Positions 1-13,424 of a stretch of DNA of 64,000 nt are shown here, piece after piece. How positions within the stretch are numbered: position 1 is the stretch's first letter; every line of letters begins with the position of its first letter. The position numbers and the translations under genes are program-made. Origin of the DNA: Stylophora pistillata (Eukaryota); assembly GCF_002571385.2 (NCBI RefSeq), contig NW_019217830.1:212375-276374 (forward strand), read 5' to 3'. The notes below the pieces were generated by a model that was not told where the DNA came from, did not search any database, and saw only the letters and a list, made by a program, of their open reading frames with translations.

Positions 1-351
1 ACTTTGACACACCCAAACTCACTTGTAATGTTACAAATGACTGAACTGTTAAAAGCAATAACTGCATTTCTGTCTAGGCTTCATCAAGGTTTTATTTGTG
101 GGAATGCTAAAGAAATTAGCTGCAATTGACACTGGTTACTTTTTTGAAAAGTTAGATAAATCAGGCACTTTGTTCAATTACAAACAGGAAAAGGAACCCA
201 ATGTCGTAGGCATATTTAAGATTCATTAATTTGTTCTTATTTATAATTTTACTGAGTTTATTTATTGCAGACAGAGTCCGTAGACAATAGAAGAGTTTCG
301 TTTTCAGTGCTACAAATAACATGTCAAGGTTTCAGTGGTTTAGAGAGAACC

Positions 352-562
352 TTTACCCTTTGAGCTTTTAGAGTGACTGGCATCTAATTTCTCCTTACAA
401 TATCACCCTGAATCACACATTAAAGAAACGATGCTAAGGGAAATTATTACTATCTAAAGTAGCTCGTGATTGTTAATTGAATTTTCCTTGTCAGCACCGC
501 AGGAAACGTTTGATACCAGTATGGAGAATATGCATACTGATGTTTGGGTGTGAAGGGGTTAA
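352..562. mobile_element. Short dispersed non-autonomous element with TTAA-CCC...GGG-TTAA-type ends (piggyBac-like MITE)
   Basis: Ends in 'gaaggggttaa'. Internal 'atttctccttacaatatca' is shared with related copies at about 1920-2097, 23165-23340 and 33975-34150. Confidence 0.5.
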
Positions 563-927
563 ATTGAAATATGTAAGAATAACGGTATTACCTGTCGTAA
601 CCCTTTTACATATTGAAGTCCATTCTATACCCCTTTTATCCTTGGATAACTTTATGTCATAATTAAATCCGTTGCTTTGTTGAACATTCTTCCATAAAAT
701 CTTGTAAAACTAAAACCTAATTTTCACTTGATGAGAATTTGGTATCATTACTCTTTTTTTTCGGCCGGTATCCCTCTCAAAAGGCTATATTAGAAATCTC
801 CATCGTTGTTAAAGAGTAATCACTTTTCTTTAAAGGGAAATGAAAATTGCACTGAAAAAGAAATTTTTTTTTTTGGTTATTTAAATAGACTGTTACTTCA
901 AATGAATGTTCAGTTTATACCTAGGGC

Positions 928-2095
928 TTAGTTTTCAAAACGTGTGTCTACTGAGAACACAGCAATGAGAGTTATGACAACAGAGGCTAAAAACAACCAC
1001 ATAAAGAATCTGTTGAGCACATTGGCCGCCAGGACCCACTCATCTTGTAGTTCGTCTGTCTTTTCCTGCTCTTTTACACTATCGGCCAGGATTTTGACCG
1101 CGCGGGACTCGGCTGCAGGAGGTTCGGGTTTCTTTTCTTGTAAGGCTGTTTGAAGAAGAAGAGAGCGATGAAGAACCAAAATATGTTGTACTATCTGTGG
1201 GTTACATAATGGTCCCAATTTCCCTTGTCGTTTACGATTGTCTTTTTTCTTCTTCTTTTTCCTATTATTTTCCCGCATCCTACCCTAACCCTAACCCTAA
1301 CCCTTCATTCCTGGCCCTTCCTTTCTTTCTCTTTCTGAGCCTTTCGTTCTTTTCATTCCTTTCATATTTTTTTATTTTCATTTTTTTTCTACCCTCCTTT
1401 AAAGTGTGTCCCAATTTCCCACGTAGTGGACGCTTATCCTTTTCCTACCTAGCACAGATATTCTAGCACTTCATTTATTTTTCCCTCTATCTTTCTGTCA
1501 CATTTCTACCCTCCCATTACCTTCTATTCCTTTTCTTTCTGAGTCTTCCATTCTTTTCATTTTTTTTTTACTTTTTATTTTCAGTTATTTTCTCCCTTTC
1601 TTAAAATTGAGTCAGTTTACTCTGATTATAATTTCACCCATAAATAACTATGAGAATGGGAAATTCCTTAGACATCTAACGTGCGTTCAAAAATTAGCTT
1701 TTGTTGATTTCTACGCAAAGGATCGTCATCACTTTTCTCAGTGCTTGTGGGTAATCCCATTGGATGATTGCATTTTGGTATTAACAAGGTTAGCAATGAC
1801 TTTGAAGCGTGCTCTCATACGCTTATCTTGAAAGAGCTCTTCCTTGTCAGTAGAAAAATTCAGCTGTCTGATGTCTGCCGAAAGTTCTGATCAGCCGCAA
1901 GAAACCGTTGCAGACAGAATTTCTCGGCTTACAATATCAATGCAATATCAAGCAGACAAGTGACGAGAATAAAGAAAAATATCAATTAGGCATTATTTGG
2001 TGATTCAACACCAAATTTTACGAATAAACTTCATAATGATTGGTATGGTAGACAGCAAGGAGTATTACTAATAAAATATTGGGAGTGACAGGGTT

Positions 2096-2127
<32 letters not shown>

Positions 2128-5100
2128 ATCTCACGTTTTCTCCATTTATTTACTGTTACGCGCACTGCCGTTTCACTTGCTTCACTCCCTCGGGATGTTC
2201 GCAAATCCTTTGGGTCGGTTTGTGTTCTAATGTGTGGTGTCTGCTCGTTCTTAGCTTTAACTTGTTCGGTTCTGTAGAATACGACTCGTGCCAGGAATCC
2301 TAATATATATTTCTAAGAACAAAACAAAAGAAAAAATGATCTCATTTCAGTATTCCTTACAGATACTTATCGTAAACTTCGAAGCCATCGGCTAACTCCA
2401 AACGGTAGCAAGAGTGCTAGCGTTCCTTGAGCTTAAGAACTACAAGAAAATAGGTTACTCGAAGTCATCCTCACCTTTATCCAATCTGGTAATGCGTGGG
2501 CCTGGTGATGAACAAACCGCAACACATGGCACATGGCAGCAAGGGCCAGCGATACTTCGATAATTGTACAGCAGTAGTATTTACCAATCAATGGAACGTT
2601 CTCCGAAACTGGCATCTTCTCCTCCACCATCAAGAAAAACACAGCTAGTGAGAGGAGTATTGTAACTCCGACTGCCATCCGCTCACCAGTGTCTGAAAAT
2701 CAGTTTCACAAAAGAGAGTATAGATTAAAGTAGGAATGATATTGCTGGCTAAATGGCTCAAATAAGCTCATATTGGGGAATACATGCAGGCAGTGGTTGA
2801 TGACTAGTGACGATATATGACCGGCTGACTGAATGATAGTGGTACTGACAGTCAAACAGAGAAACAGTTAGCATTAATTAGATGACATTTAATGGGAGCA
2901 GGACTGAACAATATCTGACTGACCAGTCAGTGCATTATCTGATTCAAAGACAACTAGTCACAAAGATAGGCGCACAGACAGAGACAGACAGTCTGACTGA
3001 TGGAGTTACTGACTGACTAAATTACAGAGAGACAAACTGACAGACGAACTGATCAGTCGAATGACAGACAGACGGACTGACTGACTGACTGACTCCATGA
3101 CTGACGGACTGACTGACTGACTCCATGACTGACGGACTGACTGACTGACTCCATGACTGACGGACTGACTGACTGACTCCATGACTGACGGACTGACTGA
3201 CTGACTCCATGACTGACGGACTGACTGACTGACTCCATGACTGACGGACTGACTGACTGACTCCATGACTGACGGACTGACTGACTGACTGACTNNNNNN
3301 NNNNNNNNNNNNNNNNNNNNNNNNNNNNNNNNNNNNNNNNNNNNNNNNNNNNNNNNNNNNNNNNNNNNNNNNNNNNNNNNNNNNNNNNNNNNNNNNNNNN
3401 NNNNNNNNNNNNNNNNNNNNNNNNNNNNNNNNNNNNNNNNNNNNNNNNNNNNNNNNNNNNNNNNNNNNNNNNNNNNNNNNNNNNNNNNNNNNNNNNNNNN
3501 NNNNNNNNNNNNNNNNNNNNNNNNNNNNNNNNNNNNNNNNNNNNNNNNNNNNNNNNNNNNNNNNNNNNNNNNNNNNNNNNNNNNNNNNNNNNNNNNNNNN
3601 NNNNNNNNNNNNNNNNNNNNNNNNNNNNNNNNNNNNNNNNNNNNNNNNNNNNNNNNNNNNNNNNNNNNNNNNNNNNNNNNNNNNNNNNNNNNNNNNNNNN
3701 NNNNNNNNNNNNNNNNNNNNNNNNNNNNNNNNNNNNNNNNNNNNNNNNNNNNNNNNNNNNNNNNNNNNNNNNNNNNNNNNNNNNNNNNNNNNNNNNNNNN
3801 NNNNNNNNNNNNNNNNNNNNNNNNNNNNNNNNNNNNNNNNNNNNNNNNNNNNNNNNNNNNNNNNNNNNNNNNNNNNNNNNNNNNNNNNNNNNNNNNNNNN
3901 NNNNNNNNNNNNNNNNNNNNNNNNNNNNNNNNNNNNNNNNNNNNNNNNNNNNNNNNNNNNNNNNNNNNNNNNNNNNNNNNNNNNNNNNNNNNNNNNNNNN
4001 NNNNNNNNNNGACTGACTGACTCCATGACTGACGGACTGACCCACTGAATGACTCCATGACAGACGGACTGACTCACCGACCGACTGTCTGATTGACTCA
4101 CTGTTCGACTGTCCGGCTGACTATCTTGCTGACTCACTTAATCCCTCACTCACAGCTTATTGTTTGGTTGACTGACCAACTGGCTGACTAGCTAATTGAT
4201 TAATTGACTCCCTGACTTCTTCGCTAGGCTTACACAATGGGCGGGTAGACTAGAAAGAAGTGAGCATAAGTTACTGACCTTCAGGCATCATAAACACCAG
4301 AAGTGTCAGCACTGAGATAAGTGCGCAAGGCACAATGAAATTGGTGACGTAAAACTGGGATAGCCTTCTGATGTGTAAAACATACGACACTCGTGACACC
4401 ATGGCCTTGCAGCAGAAGTGTGACATAAGGCTTCGTTCAGAGCGAGCGCTGATCAGTTGCCATTCTCCATTGGGAAGATAATGTTGAGTGAATATGGTGT
4501 CACTACCTGGGTATATGTTGAGCTTAGTGGTGTCGAAGTTCCAAGATCCGAACGTCAATTTACACATCTGCAGAAAAAAGGAAATATCGTAGACCACTTG
4601 CATAAATGGCTGCCGGATTAATATTCTTTTGTTTAAATTTAAATTAGCCCTACTGGCCTCGTTCTCCAGTACAAAATTCAAAAGAATACATTATCTCAAG
4701 CGAGGCCAGAAGGGCTAATTTAAATTTAAACAAAAGAATATTTATACGGCAGCCATTTATGAAAGTGGTCTATGAGTCAGTTTTGAAATCTATACGACTT
4801 TACTGTGTAATTTAAAGAAGGACAAAATAGTTCCACTATTACCACTTCTAGTTTGAAATCAGTGATGCACTCATGTTAATTATTGTTTTTGTGTGTGGGA
4901 TAAACGGAAGGTGCTATTACATCACCCACCTGTTCATCCAAGGGAAAATTTTGCACGTTTATTTGGCAAGAGCTCATTGTCACCATGGGAACGACCCAGG
5001 TGACATTACCATCATACGTCACGGTAGCTTTAAAGGAGCCTATGTCCGAGTCGTCGAAGTCCGCACTAGAGAAATACAGGATTAATGATATGAAAAATGT

Positions 5101-8100
5101 TATTTGTAGGCAAATTGATTACCTAATAACCCCCACACCTCAGTAGTGAAAGCCACAGCTGATCCAGACGAAGGTATAACTTCTGTTCCATGGACTTACT
5201 TGTAGTGTCAATGGAGTTGTTTTTACCGTTAGATAAAAATTCAGTGACAAGGTTTACTAACAGCCCACCATAGAGAAATCATAGTTCACAGATGGGGAGA
5301 GCCTGGAAGTGAAAGATTCTCGTCAAGAACTCTGCGTAACGTCACGGTGACTCAGTGCAAGACAAGGCAAGGCAATAACGCAAAACAACGTAGTGAAGGA
5401 AGCACTATAACGTACAATACAGTTTAACAAAACGTTATTCCATAAAGTGACTCAGCGCACGTGACGCAAAACACCACTTGGTATCCAAGGGGTATTCCTT
5501 GGGATTTTCCATAGGGTTTTGCCGCTTGGTTCTCCTATTCCTGACTCTATTTTAGACCAACATTGTTATGTTCCGCATTCAGGCGCATACCCTGGCCTGT
5601 AAAATCACTGGAAAATTTAACTCAGATTATCTGTTTTTGGTAACCTTTCGTTCTCTGTTATTACTTGCAGTTGAAAAGGCAAATACGTTTATTACGCTTT
5701 CTCGGTTTCTTGTAAACCAAACACGATTCAAGGCCATAATTGCTACTAAAACAATCGCCTCTGAGGCTGCACATATCCTAATAGCTTATACCGTACGTTG
5801 ATGGTTACCCCTTTCTCCACCCCCATGGGGCTCGATCTCAGAGTTTCCACCGACAGCCTCCTCTCTGCTTTATTCTTCTCTCCTTTCTCTTGGTCAGAGT
5901 GTTTTCCCGATGTTACATTGAAGAAAATTTGCGTTAAAAAAATTTTGGGGATGTAAATAAAATAGTTGAAACTGACGCTAAGCGTATTTTGTAAATGCTC
6001 GTGTTTTTCATCAGCAAAAATGGCAAATGCTTTGAGAAAAGGTGGCGCCCTAATGAGTAATAAAACAACGCCTGCATTTCTTTTCTTAAAACTGCTGCAA
6101 GTGATGTTATTACTTATCAATTCATGAGCATTTATTTTGGAAGTTATTTTAAAACTTGGAAGACAACCCTTCGGATTTTCTAAGTGTCTAATAGCATTCT
6201 GCATTTTTTTTAAACAAATAGGAAATATTTTCTTCAAATATGTTAGTTATTGAATCTTTTGGAGCGGAAGAAAGTTCGTCCTGTGTTGTAAAATATTAAT
6301 CACCTTTCGGTAAACGTTACAGGTTGGAAAAATAAATAAACAAAAGGAAACTGAAAGTGGTTTTTTTTGTAAGAAAGCAGTTACATATATGCCATTGAGT
6401 GAGCTCACAAGTATACAGAAATGTTTTTCTCCCAGCAGATTAAGAAGTATTTATTATTATTTTTTTTAAATTCTGTTTTTATTTGACTGGCGCTATCGAA
6501 AGTTCTCTTTTTCGTTGATGATATTTGAAGGGAACGTGAAACTTGTCAAGTTATTGATTGATGCCGTAATTGACTATTTGACACTCAAAGAAATTTTGTC
6601 ACGAGCCTGTTTGCGATTCATTAGTCAATTGCGGCATATAACATTTTAATGACGTGCATGCAAATGCTAAACCGAAGGAGTAGTGGGGAAGAGTCTTTTA
6701 CACCTACAAAATTATGGTTCTCTCTTCAAAACACATGCTTGTTTTCACGCTAGTTTTAGCCCGCGTGATCGCACAGGAAGCCTCTTCGATTTGTCGAGTG
6801 TTTGTTTAAAGATGCAAACGGAATTAATTTAAAAGATATATCAATAAATAAAGTACGCAGTGTACAGCCAAAAGCCCAAGCCGCTAATGATTGAGTGCTT
6901 TTCAAGTGATTGACGATTGACCATAGGGGATTCATTATAGTTATACCATCTATTTTAAGCCTCCCTTAGGGCTATAACTTCTGCAGTCCAATTTCGACCA
7001 TTTTTATAGCGAAAAAAATGGGTGTTCACTATGCATTCTGCAATGAACGATTTGCTATGTACCTCTGACCCGTCGGAGGGTTCTAAACTTTTTATGTAGG
7101 GCCGGTTTATTCAAACAAGAACGATTTCACTTGACTTAAGCCATGTGTAACTGTCGTTCATCTCCAAGAGGGTTATAACCTTTCACACGGAAACATTTTT
7201 AAGGAGACTGACATCATCTCAATGAGTGTTTCTGCACTTTTACTTCCTTAATGGCACATTTTAAAGCAGATTAAAACAATCACATTTAGTACTTCGTTTT
7301 CGACGTGAGTTCAATTATCGGACACGTGAAGGTCTTTTAAAAGCAATAAACAATATTTCTGATTCGCGTTTAACTGTGTTTAGACATGGGTCCTGCCTTT
7401 CATGCGCATAATTCAGCGATATTCAACTCGAGTTGTTACAACTGTGCGCATGTTGATCTATCTACAGCTAAAATCTTCTTTCGAGTAGTTTTAGAGGAAT
7501 TTTGAACAAAGGCAGGTGAAGAGCCATTGAATCGATTGCGTTTTCATTTCCAAATTTCAGTTGATGACACTTATTTTTAAAACTGTTTTAGTCCAAAAAA
7601 CGTGATTCCTTTGTTTCCCACGCGTAAGCTTGCCTACTTATGAACGCTTTCAGCTATCTGTTTTCGATGAAGGGAAGCATTTTAGAATTAATTTACCTTT
7701 CACTCAGCTGTTTACCATAATCCTGCTTCGAGAGAACTTAGAATTGCATTGTGAATGGAAAACGTGACTTGAACAATGAAACTTTTATATTTTAAAAGAA
7801 AATCAAATAGTTATTGTGTAATTTTTGAAAAAATAGTATTTTCTTGTGTGTTGCCTTCTGAAAGATTTAGATCTTCCATTTGAGCTGTACTGAAAGGTTC
7901 TCTTTTAACTGTTAGGCGAAAATTACGCAAACTCATCCTTTATCATCATGATTGTATCTCCATGGGTGCTTCTTCAATACGCTGAATGTTTTGCCGGTGG
8001 ATTTTTAGTTTCGTTCTGCTTGTGTTATCCGCGATCGCCGAAGAATCGCGAAGAATTGGAAAAAGAAGTAGGTTTCGTGTTTAGCTCGAATGAAGAGACC

Positions 8101-10685
8101 GTGATCATTGACGATTTTCCAACCGCTACCACAGAGGGGTCCGAAACGAAAGAGATGTCATTGGAGAGTAACCCGAGTGTGAGTGAGAAAGATGAAGACG
8201 AAAAAGAAAAATGTAACTAGTCTGAAGATTTGAATTCTGCAAGCCAACTGACAATGAAGAAGGAGGAAAAGGGTAAAGCATGGGAGCAACCGCCACAATC
8301 TTGCTCAAAACACAGCAAAACTTTTTGAACACTTCCATACAGCGTCTCAATTTCGTTTTACTCAGAAACATTTCCGCCTACGTAGGTCAATTTACAAAAT
8401 TGGGAAAATCGGATTTTTTTTTAGTGTTAGAAAGTGTACAAATCAATTCGAGTGGAACTCGTTAAGTAAGCTTCGAAATAAATGTTGATAAACGATGAAA
8501 GCTTTCTGTGTTTAATTTGGAAGGGGAGCTTTGACAGATTTTATTTTAGTCCTTCCTGAAGACAGTGACACCCAAGACTTTGTTCCTTAATGCGAAATTT
8601 TTTTAATATCCTTAGATAAATCACTTACTTGTTGTACAAAATTATTTGAGGTGTCCAGATTTCACTTCCATCAAAGTTCAGTTGCCTTATGGCGCCATAA
8701 TCCGAAGTATTCCATCTTAAGTTCTGATCTTTCCATTGCTAAAATGAAAGGATACAATTTATATGTAATGGCAGAAATCAATACGCCCCACCGTCATTTG
8801 AAGCGAAAAACTTTGCTATAGTTTTTTCTGAAAAAATGTTAAAATATGGACGCAAGCATTTTTTGAAAAAACACTGCCGTCTTCTTTTAGGCGAAATCGA
8901 TGGTTTAATTAAAAGATCCACTCCGTTCATGACGTCGCAACATTAACCTTTAGGATGTAATTAACACTTATCTTCTTTTAATTCCTTTTACTTTGTTTTT
9001 TAAACATACCATGGTCACATGTAAACTCTTTATTCGATGGTTAAACAAATGAGACGCGCGGATGTTTTTCGAGAAATTTTTTCCGAGCTCTGTAGGCAAG
9101 GAAAAATACGAGCAATTCAAATATCAAATTTTGCGTTCGCATTATACGTTAAACCGTCGAATAAGGGATTTATTATTCCACTATTATTTCATTTTTTACC
9201 GCTACTATCGAATGATTCTATTCGTAGCTGACGAATTACTTCCTACGGCCATATCTGCGAGAATCTCATCGATCGGATATGTATGGCGTGCGTGAAAGAC
9301 GAAAGAAAACAGAAGCGAAATCATCAAAGGGTTCTTTTTGACCAACAATGAAATAAACCGAAAAATCAAAGTTTGGATTGTTCAGCGGAGTTATTTTTTT
9401 GCTCCGCTTTCCGTTTCTATTCTTGCACTGTTCTACAAAGTGATACCGTACCGTGGCATATTTCGGGCGTCGCGTTGCCCTAAAATGTCTGGTAAGCTGG
9501 CGTAGTAGTGGAATAATAAAGACTGGAAATCATATTCGCCTATAGCGCTAAACTAGTGTGCTGCTAATCTTTCATAAGTGACATTAAAGAGTGTGGGTAG
9601 GTTAAGGACCTCTTGATTGAAAATCCTTAATTGCGGGGAAACAGTTGTCACACTGTTAACAAAGGTTCTATATACTGCAGTAGCCAACCAGTATTAATCA
9701 TGAAACCCTCAGCTCCACCCCTTCGATACAATTTTGTTCTTTGTATTCTATTCTGTATTTGTTCGTTGTGGGAGGGAGGGAGTGTTTTAGCGAGGTATAG
9801 TCTATTTCAAGTTTCATTTCTTTATATTTCCTCAAAATGTTATGAGTTAATCAATTTTGTCCCTAGCTGTATGTAGCTACCTAGGCCTTGCCGACAATCT
9901 TACCATTTTAATCCTTACATCTAGGTCAATTTTAAGATGTTTTTCATCCTGAAATACAACAAATATTCATACTCATTGAACGTAATAAGCACGGGAATTT
10001 ATCACAAAATGTAAATCTACTGTCGAGAAGGCTACTATAATCGTGAGGGAAACTATCAATTAAGAGTCTCTTTACGCGTACCCGGGTTTCTTGTTGACGC
10101 AGGTTGGTTCAAAGCGAAGGGAAATCCTTTTGCAGTCAAATGTTTGGAAACGTTTTCACGGAAAAAGTAGTTAAAGAGCCACACACGGCAGGGCTTCCTT
10201 TTCTGTAATACAGAAAATGCTGAGAATGGCCTCTACCCCCGCAATGCATCCAGTTTTAGCGCGGCCCTTCAACTCGGTTCAACCCTCTTTGCCGGGTAAC
10301 CCTTGTCGAGATTTGGGTTGACCCGGCGAGCAGGTTTAAAGTTTCCCTAGGTTTTTCACGTTAATACTGGGAAAAAAGCTAACCTGGGTTGGTAATTTCA
10401 CTCAGATAACTTTATGTATAATGTTTATCTCATGTAAAATGCTGGCTGACCTCAATTTTGATTGGTCGAGATCACGTTGGTTTTCGTTTTAAAACTCGAT
10501 TTAAACCTACTCTGGGAACTTTCTAAGAACACTTACTACTTTAACAATCCGGTAAAGAATCAAGCTGTGCCTGATTCCCAAGGTGTGATTGTCGTGTAGA
10601 ACTGGTCGGAACCTCTTGTTGTAACGAGTAGTGTTCAGAAGATGGTTTGTTAGGTTTCTCTCTTGTGAACAGCAACGCAGGACTC
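928..10685 (-). CDS. Cys-loop ligand-gated ion channel, nicotinic acetylcholine receptor alpha-like subunit (multi-exon; signal-peptide exon not located)
   Basis: Phase-consistent GT-AG exons in transcript order: 10685-10537 (RYNKRFRPV), 9948-9904 (45-bp DEK exon), 8738-8629 (110-bp exon, WKD..LRW..IWTPQIILYN), 5065-4930 (SSCQINVQNFPLDEQ), 4567-4279 (CKLTFGSW, NGEW, vicinal CC, M1), 2692-2475 (GER-M2, M3), 2312-2135 (cytoplasmic loop; donor less certain), 1145-928 (EW..A.VLNR, M4, stop). Cys-loop C-x13-C spans two exons. Confidence 0.93.
1240..1600. repeat. Pyrimidine-rich low-complexity intronic tract with about 3.5 CCCTAA units (1282-1304)
   Basis: Direct reading: C/T-rich sequence and 'accctaaccctaaccctaaccct'. 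Confidence 0.7.
2990..4140. repeat. GACT-based minisatellite (about 28-bp unit gactgactgactgactccatgactgacg) spanning an assembly gap (3295-4010)
   Basis: Tandem units visible on both sides of the N run; degenerate GACT flanks. Confidence 0.95.
4590..4772. mobile_element. Fold-back MITE with about 70-bp inverted arms
   Basis: tagaccacttgcataaatggctgccg...ttaaattagccct is the near reverse complement of agggctaatttaa...cggcagccatttatgaaagtggtcta; TA at both ends. Confidence 0.85.
7948..8220 (+). CDS. Candidate nested small protein (90 aa; N-terminal hydrophobic/Cys segment, acidic tail), antisense within the receptor intron
   Basis: ATG in good context (atcATGa), upstream acceptor-like 'ttctcttttaactgttag' (ends 7915), AATAAA at 8477-8482, protein-like composition. 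No recognised homology. Confidence 0.45.
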   Translation: MIVSPWVLLQYAECFAGGFLVSFCLCYPRSPKNREELEKEVGFVFSSNEETVIIDDFPTATTEGSETKEMSLESNPSVSEKDEDEKEKCN

Positions 10686-13424
10686 CTATGAAAACATAAA
10701 ACACCAAAAGACAAAAAGGAAAAGCAAACGATTCAATAACCTTACTCGCATGCAGAAAATCATGTTTCGGACTATGGAGGTTACGTCCTGGGCAGAGGTA
10801 ACAACGAATGTGTTACAGGACCTGAAAATAAATCGCTTACTCCAGATTTCGCGTCAGTTAGTCTTCATTAAACACCAAAGTCTTAGATCTTAATGAGAGA
10901 CATCTACCGAATTGCTTGGGACGCCTGCATGGATATGGAAATGTCGTAACCAATTTATATTGAGAGAGAATTCATTGATAGTATTTTCCATTCCTAGTTC
11001 TTCCCTCTCTGTTGCCCAGATCAAACAAAATACTCTTGTGAAGATAATGAGCGGAAGTCGGAAAGAAATTTACCAATCACATCTTGGAATGATTGAAATT
11101 TTCCATTCCACAACAGTGGACAATCAAACTACAAATGTTTGTTAAAATAAAATTTGTTTTTCATTTTTCGTTCAAGTGTTCTGATGTATATTTTTTCCAG
11201 AAGTGACAATTAGAATGTCTTACATGCATTTAATTCAGTTTTTTTCACTAGGCAAACACTAAAATGAATTCGGAACAGACAAGGAACAACTAAATTTCCA
11301 AGAATAAGTTTATTTTCTTAATGAGATAGATGTAATGTGATAACAAATAACTTCTCGTAGAAAAAAACATGGCGGCTACATGGCGTCATAACAGCCCTAT
11401 TGCCAAGCTATTCATATATTTGTAAATAGTTACGATCTGAAGAGCATAAAATCGAAATTCATTCAAACAAGTTCATCTCTCCGCTATAATAGTGATGTCA
11501 TAGTCGCTGTAGACAATAGTTTTCCTCTATTTAATAACACAAAGAATACGCAAAACGTTCTCAGTATTGAAATCAATCCTGACTCGGAAAATTTTTTCCT
11601 AAGGGAAGTCATGCTGAAGGCAGATTCGAAGCTTAACCATTGTCTTTAATCTTTTCCTGAGGGTATTCATCAGTTACAAGCGTTTTTGTGCCAGGCATAT
11701 TTTGAAAAGTACTGAATAGAATGGCTAGAAAATATTACCAAATAATAGAGCACAAATACCTTCTGTAAGGAACACGAAGCAAGCTATTAATAATTTGTCG
11801 ACGTTGTGCATTTTTCTTTTGAGACTTCCACCAGTAACACAAGTCGTATATGAACCATATTTTCACTGCTGTTGAAGACAAGTTGTGGAAACAAAGAAAA
11901 ACATTTCATTTACGCTGCATGCTAATTCACCAACGAAATTTTATTCAAGAAACTAATTGCAGGTGGCAGGTCGCTGTCACGTTATCAAACTGACAGTCGG
12001 AAAAACACGAATAGTTATCGATCATTTTAAGTCGGTGTAAATCGAACATCGCCATCGCTGATACCTTCTTCAACTTTTAATTCTCGTCTTGTACAGGTGG
12101 CAAACACCCGCTGTTTTAGTATCCAAACGCTTCAGCACTAGCAACGGTAAATAATAACAAACTTCATCGTCGCAGATAGCAAAGCTAAGCTTCAATATCC
12201 TTCCACAAGGGTCCACTTATGAACTCAGTTCCTGCATGTGTAGACTGAAAGAGAGAGAGGCCTGCTCGGCTACAAAAGATATATAGCTCTTAGAAAGGAC
12301 GGATGTATGTGTACTCCACGGGTTTTCCAGTATTAACAGGGAATGATAAAAACTTCGTTTAATTACCATTCTGCGCTGATGTTCTGGTGCTCATGTGACA
12401 AAATCAACTAGACTGAAGTAGCAGTGTCGCGATTTTCAGGAAGATCGCGAAGGTTTTAAATTGGCGTTACATTTTTAGCTGTTTCTCGCTTCTTCGTTGG
12501 TTTCAATAATACGGAAAAACTGTTTGAATTTATCAATAATTGCCTCGAAAATCGTACATTTTATATCATTACTACCTCAAATTGAATAAGAACGAAAATA
12601 ACGTACTGGTAAATAGAAAAACAAATCTCATTGTGCAGGTCTTTGGTTTGTGTGGTTTACTTGGCGAGCGAGACTGGGCACGGACTTCTCCCATTCGCAG
12701 TTGATGAGCATACCTTCCTTGAATTGCACATGTTTCAAATTCCTAAAGTTTCTTAGTCGGTTTAATATGTATTCTGGGTTGAATCATCCTTCAAACTCGA
12801 ATTTTTTTTTTCCGGCATCTCTCTAGTCCATGTTTTTTTGGTTCTAAAAACTAGAATAAAAAGACAGACCCGGGTCAGTCTGGAAGCAAACCACATGCCG
12901 ACAAAGACTAGCAACCTGTGTTAGTGTTAAATGTTTATTTTTAGCACTCTTTGAGGTTACTCAACCCGAGGTGCAAATCAACTCGGACCCGTGTAAAGTA
13001 GCCTTTAGTACAAAATCGTTGCCTTTGTGAGCCTCTCAAACTGAACCCAAGTTAACGAAAGAACGAGACCTTATATGATTTTGTTCTCGCATGCTTAGCA
13101 TTTTTAAGAGAAATCGGTAGTTTAGCATGCATGTGTCGAAGGTACTATATTTGTTGTTTTTTTGTTGTTATTGTTGCTGTTTTGCTGTTGTTATTGCTAT
13201 ATTCAAACCAGTTATTTCAAAAAACCAAATTGAACATCATATCCTAATGTATGAATTGTTATAATGTATTTTTCAAGCAGTTTGACTGGCTTTTCTGGAA
13301 CTGTATTTGGAACGGCCAAAAAGAACGGCGTCTGAATCAACAGGCGTACTTTTGTTAATTTAGGTCGGTCCAAATTCGAATTGAGTTGGGCTCATGAAAA
13401 GTTCGGCGTCTGAACCGGGCCTAA

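Noticed and set aside
1282-1304. Telomeric repeat as a chromosome end or fusion site
   Set aside because: Only about 3.5 units inside a low-complexity intron tract.
3006-4137. Long ORFs (330-371 aa), plus similar ones at 22436-22930 and 43613-44075
   Set aside because: Artefacts of N gaps and satellite sequence.
5746-6237. 163-aa minus-strand intronic ORF
   Set aside because: Non-ATG start, AT-rich, no motif or splice support.
10746-10763. ATG...GTAAG mini-exon as first exon of the receptor
   Set aside because: Phase 0 donor vs the required phase 1, and no signal peptide; the true exon 1 was not identified.
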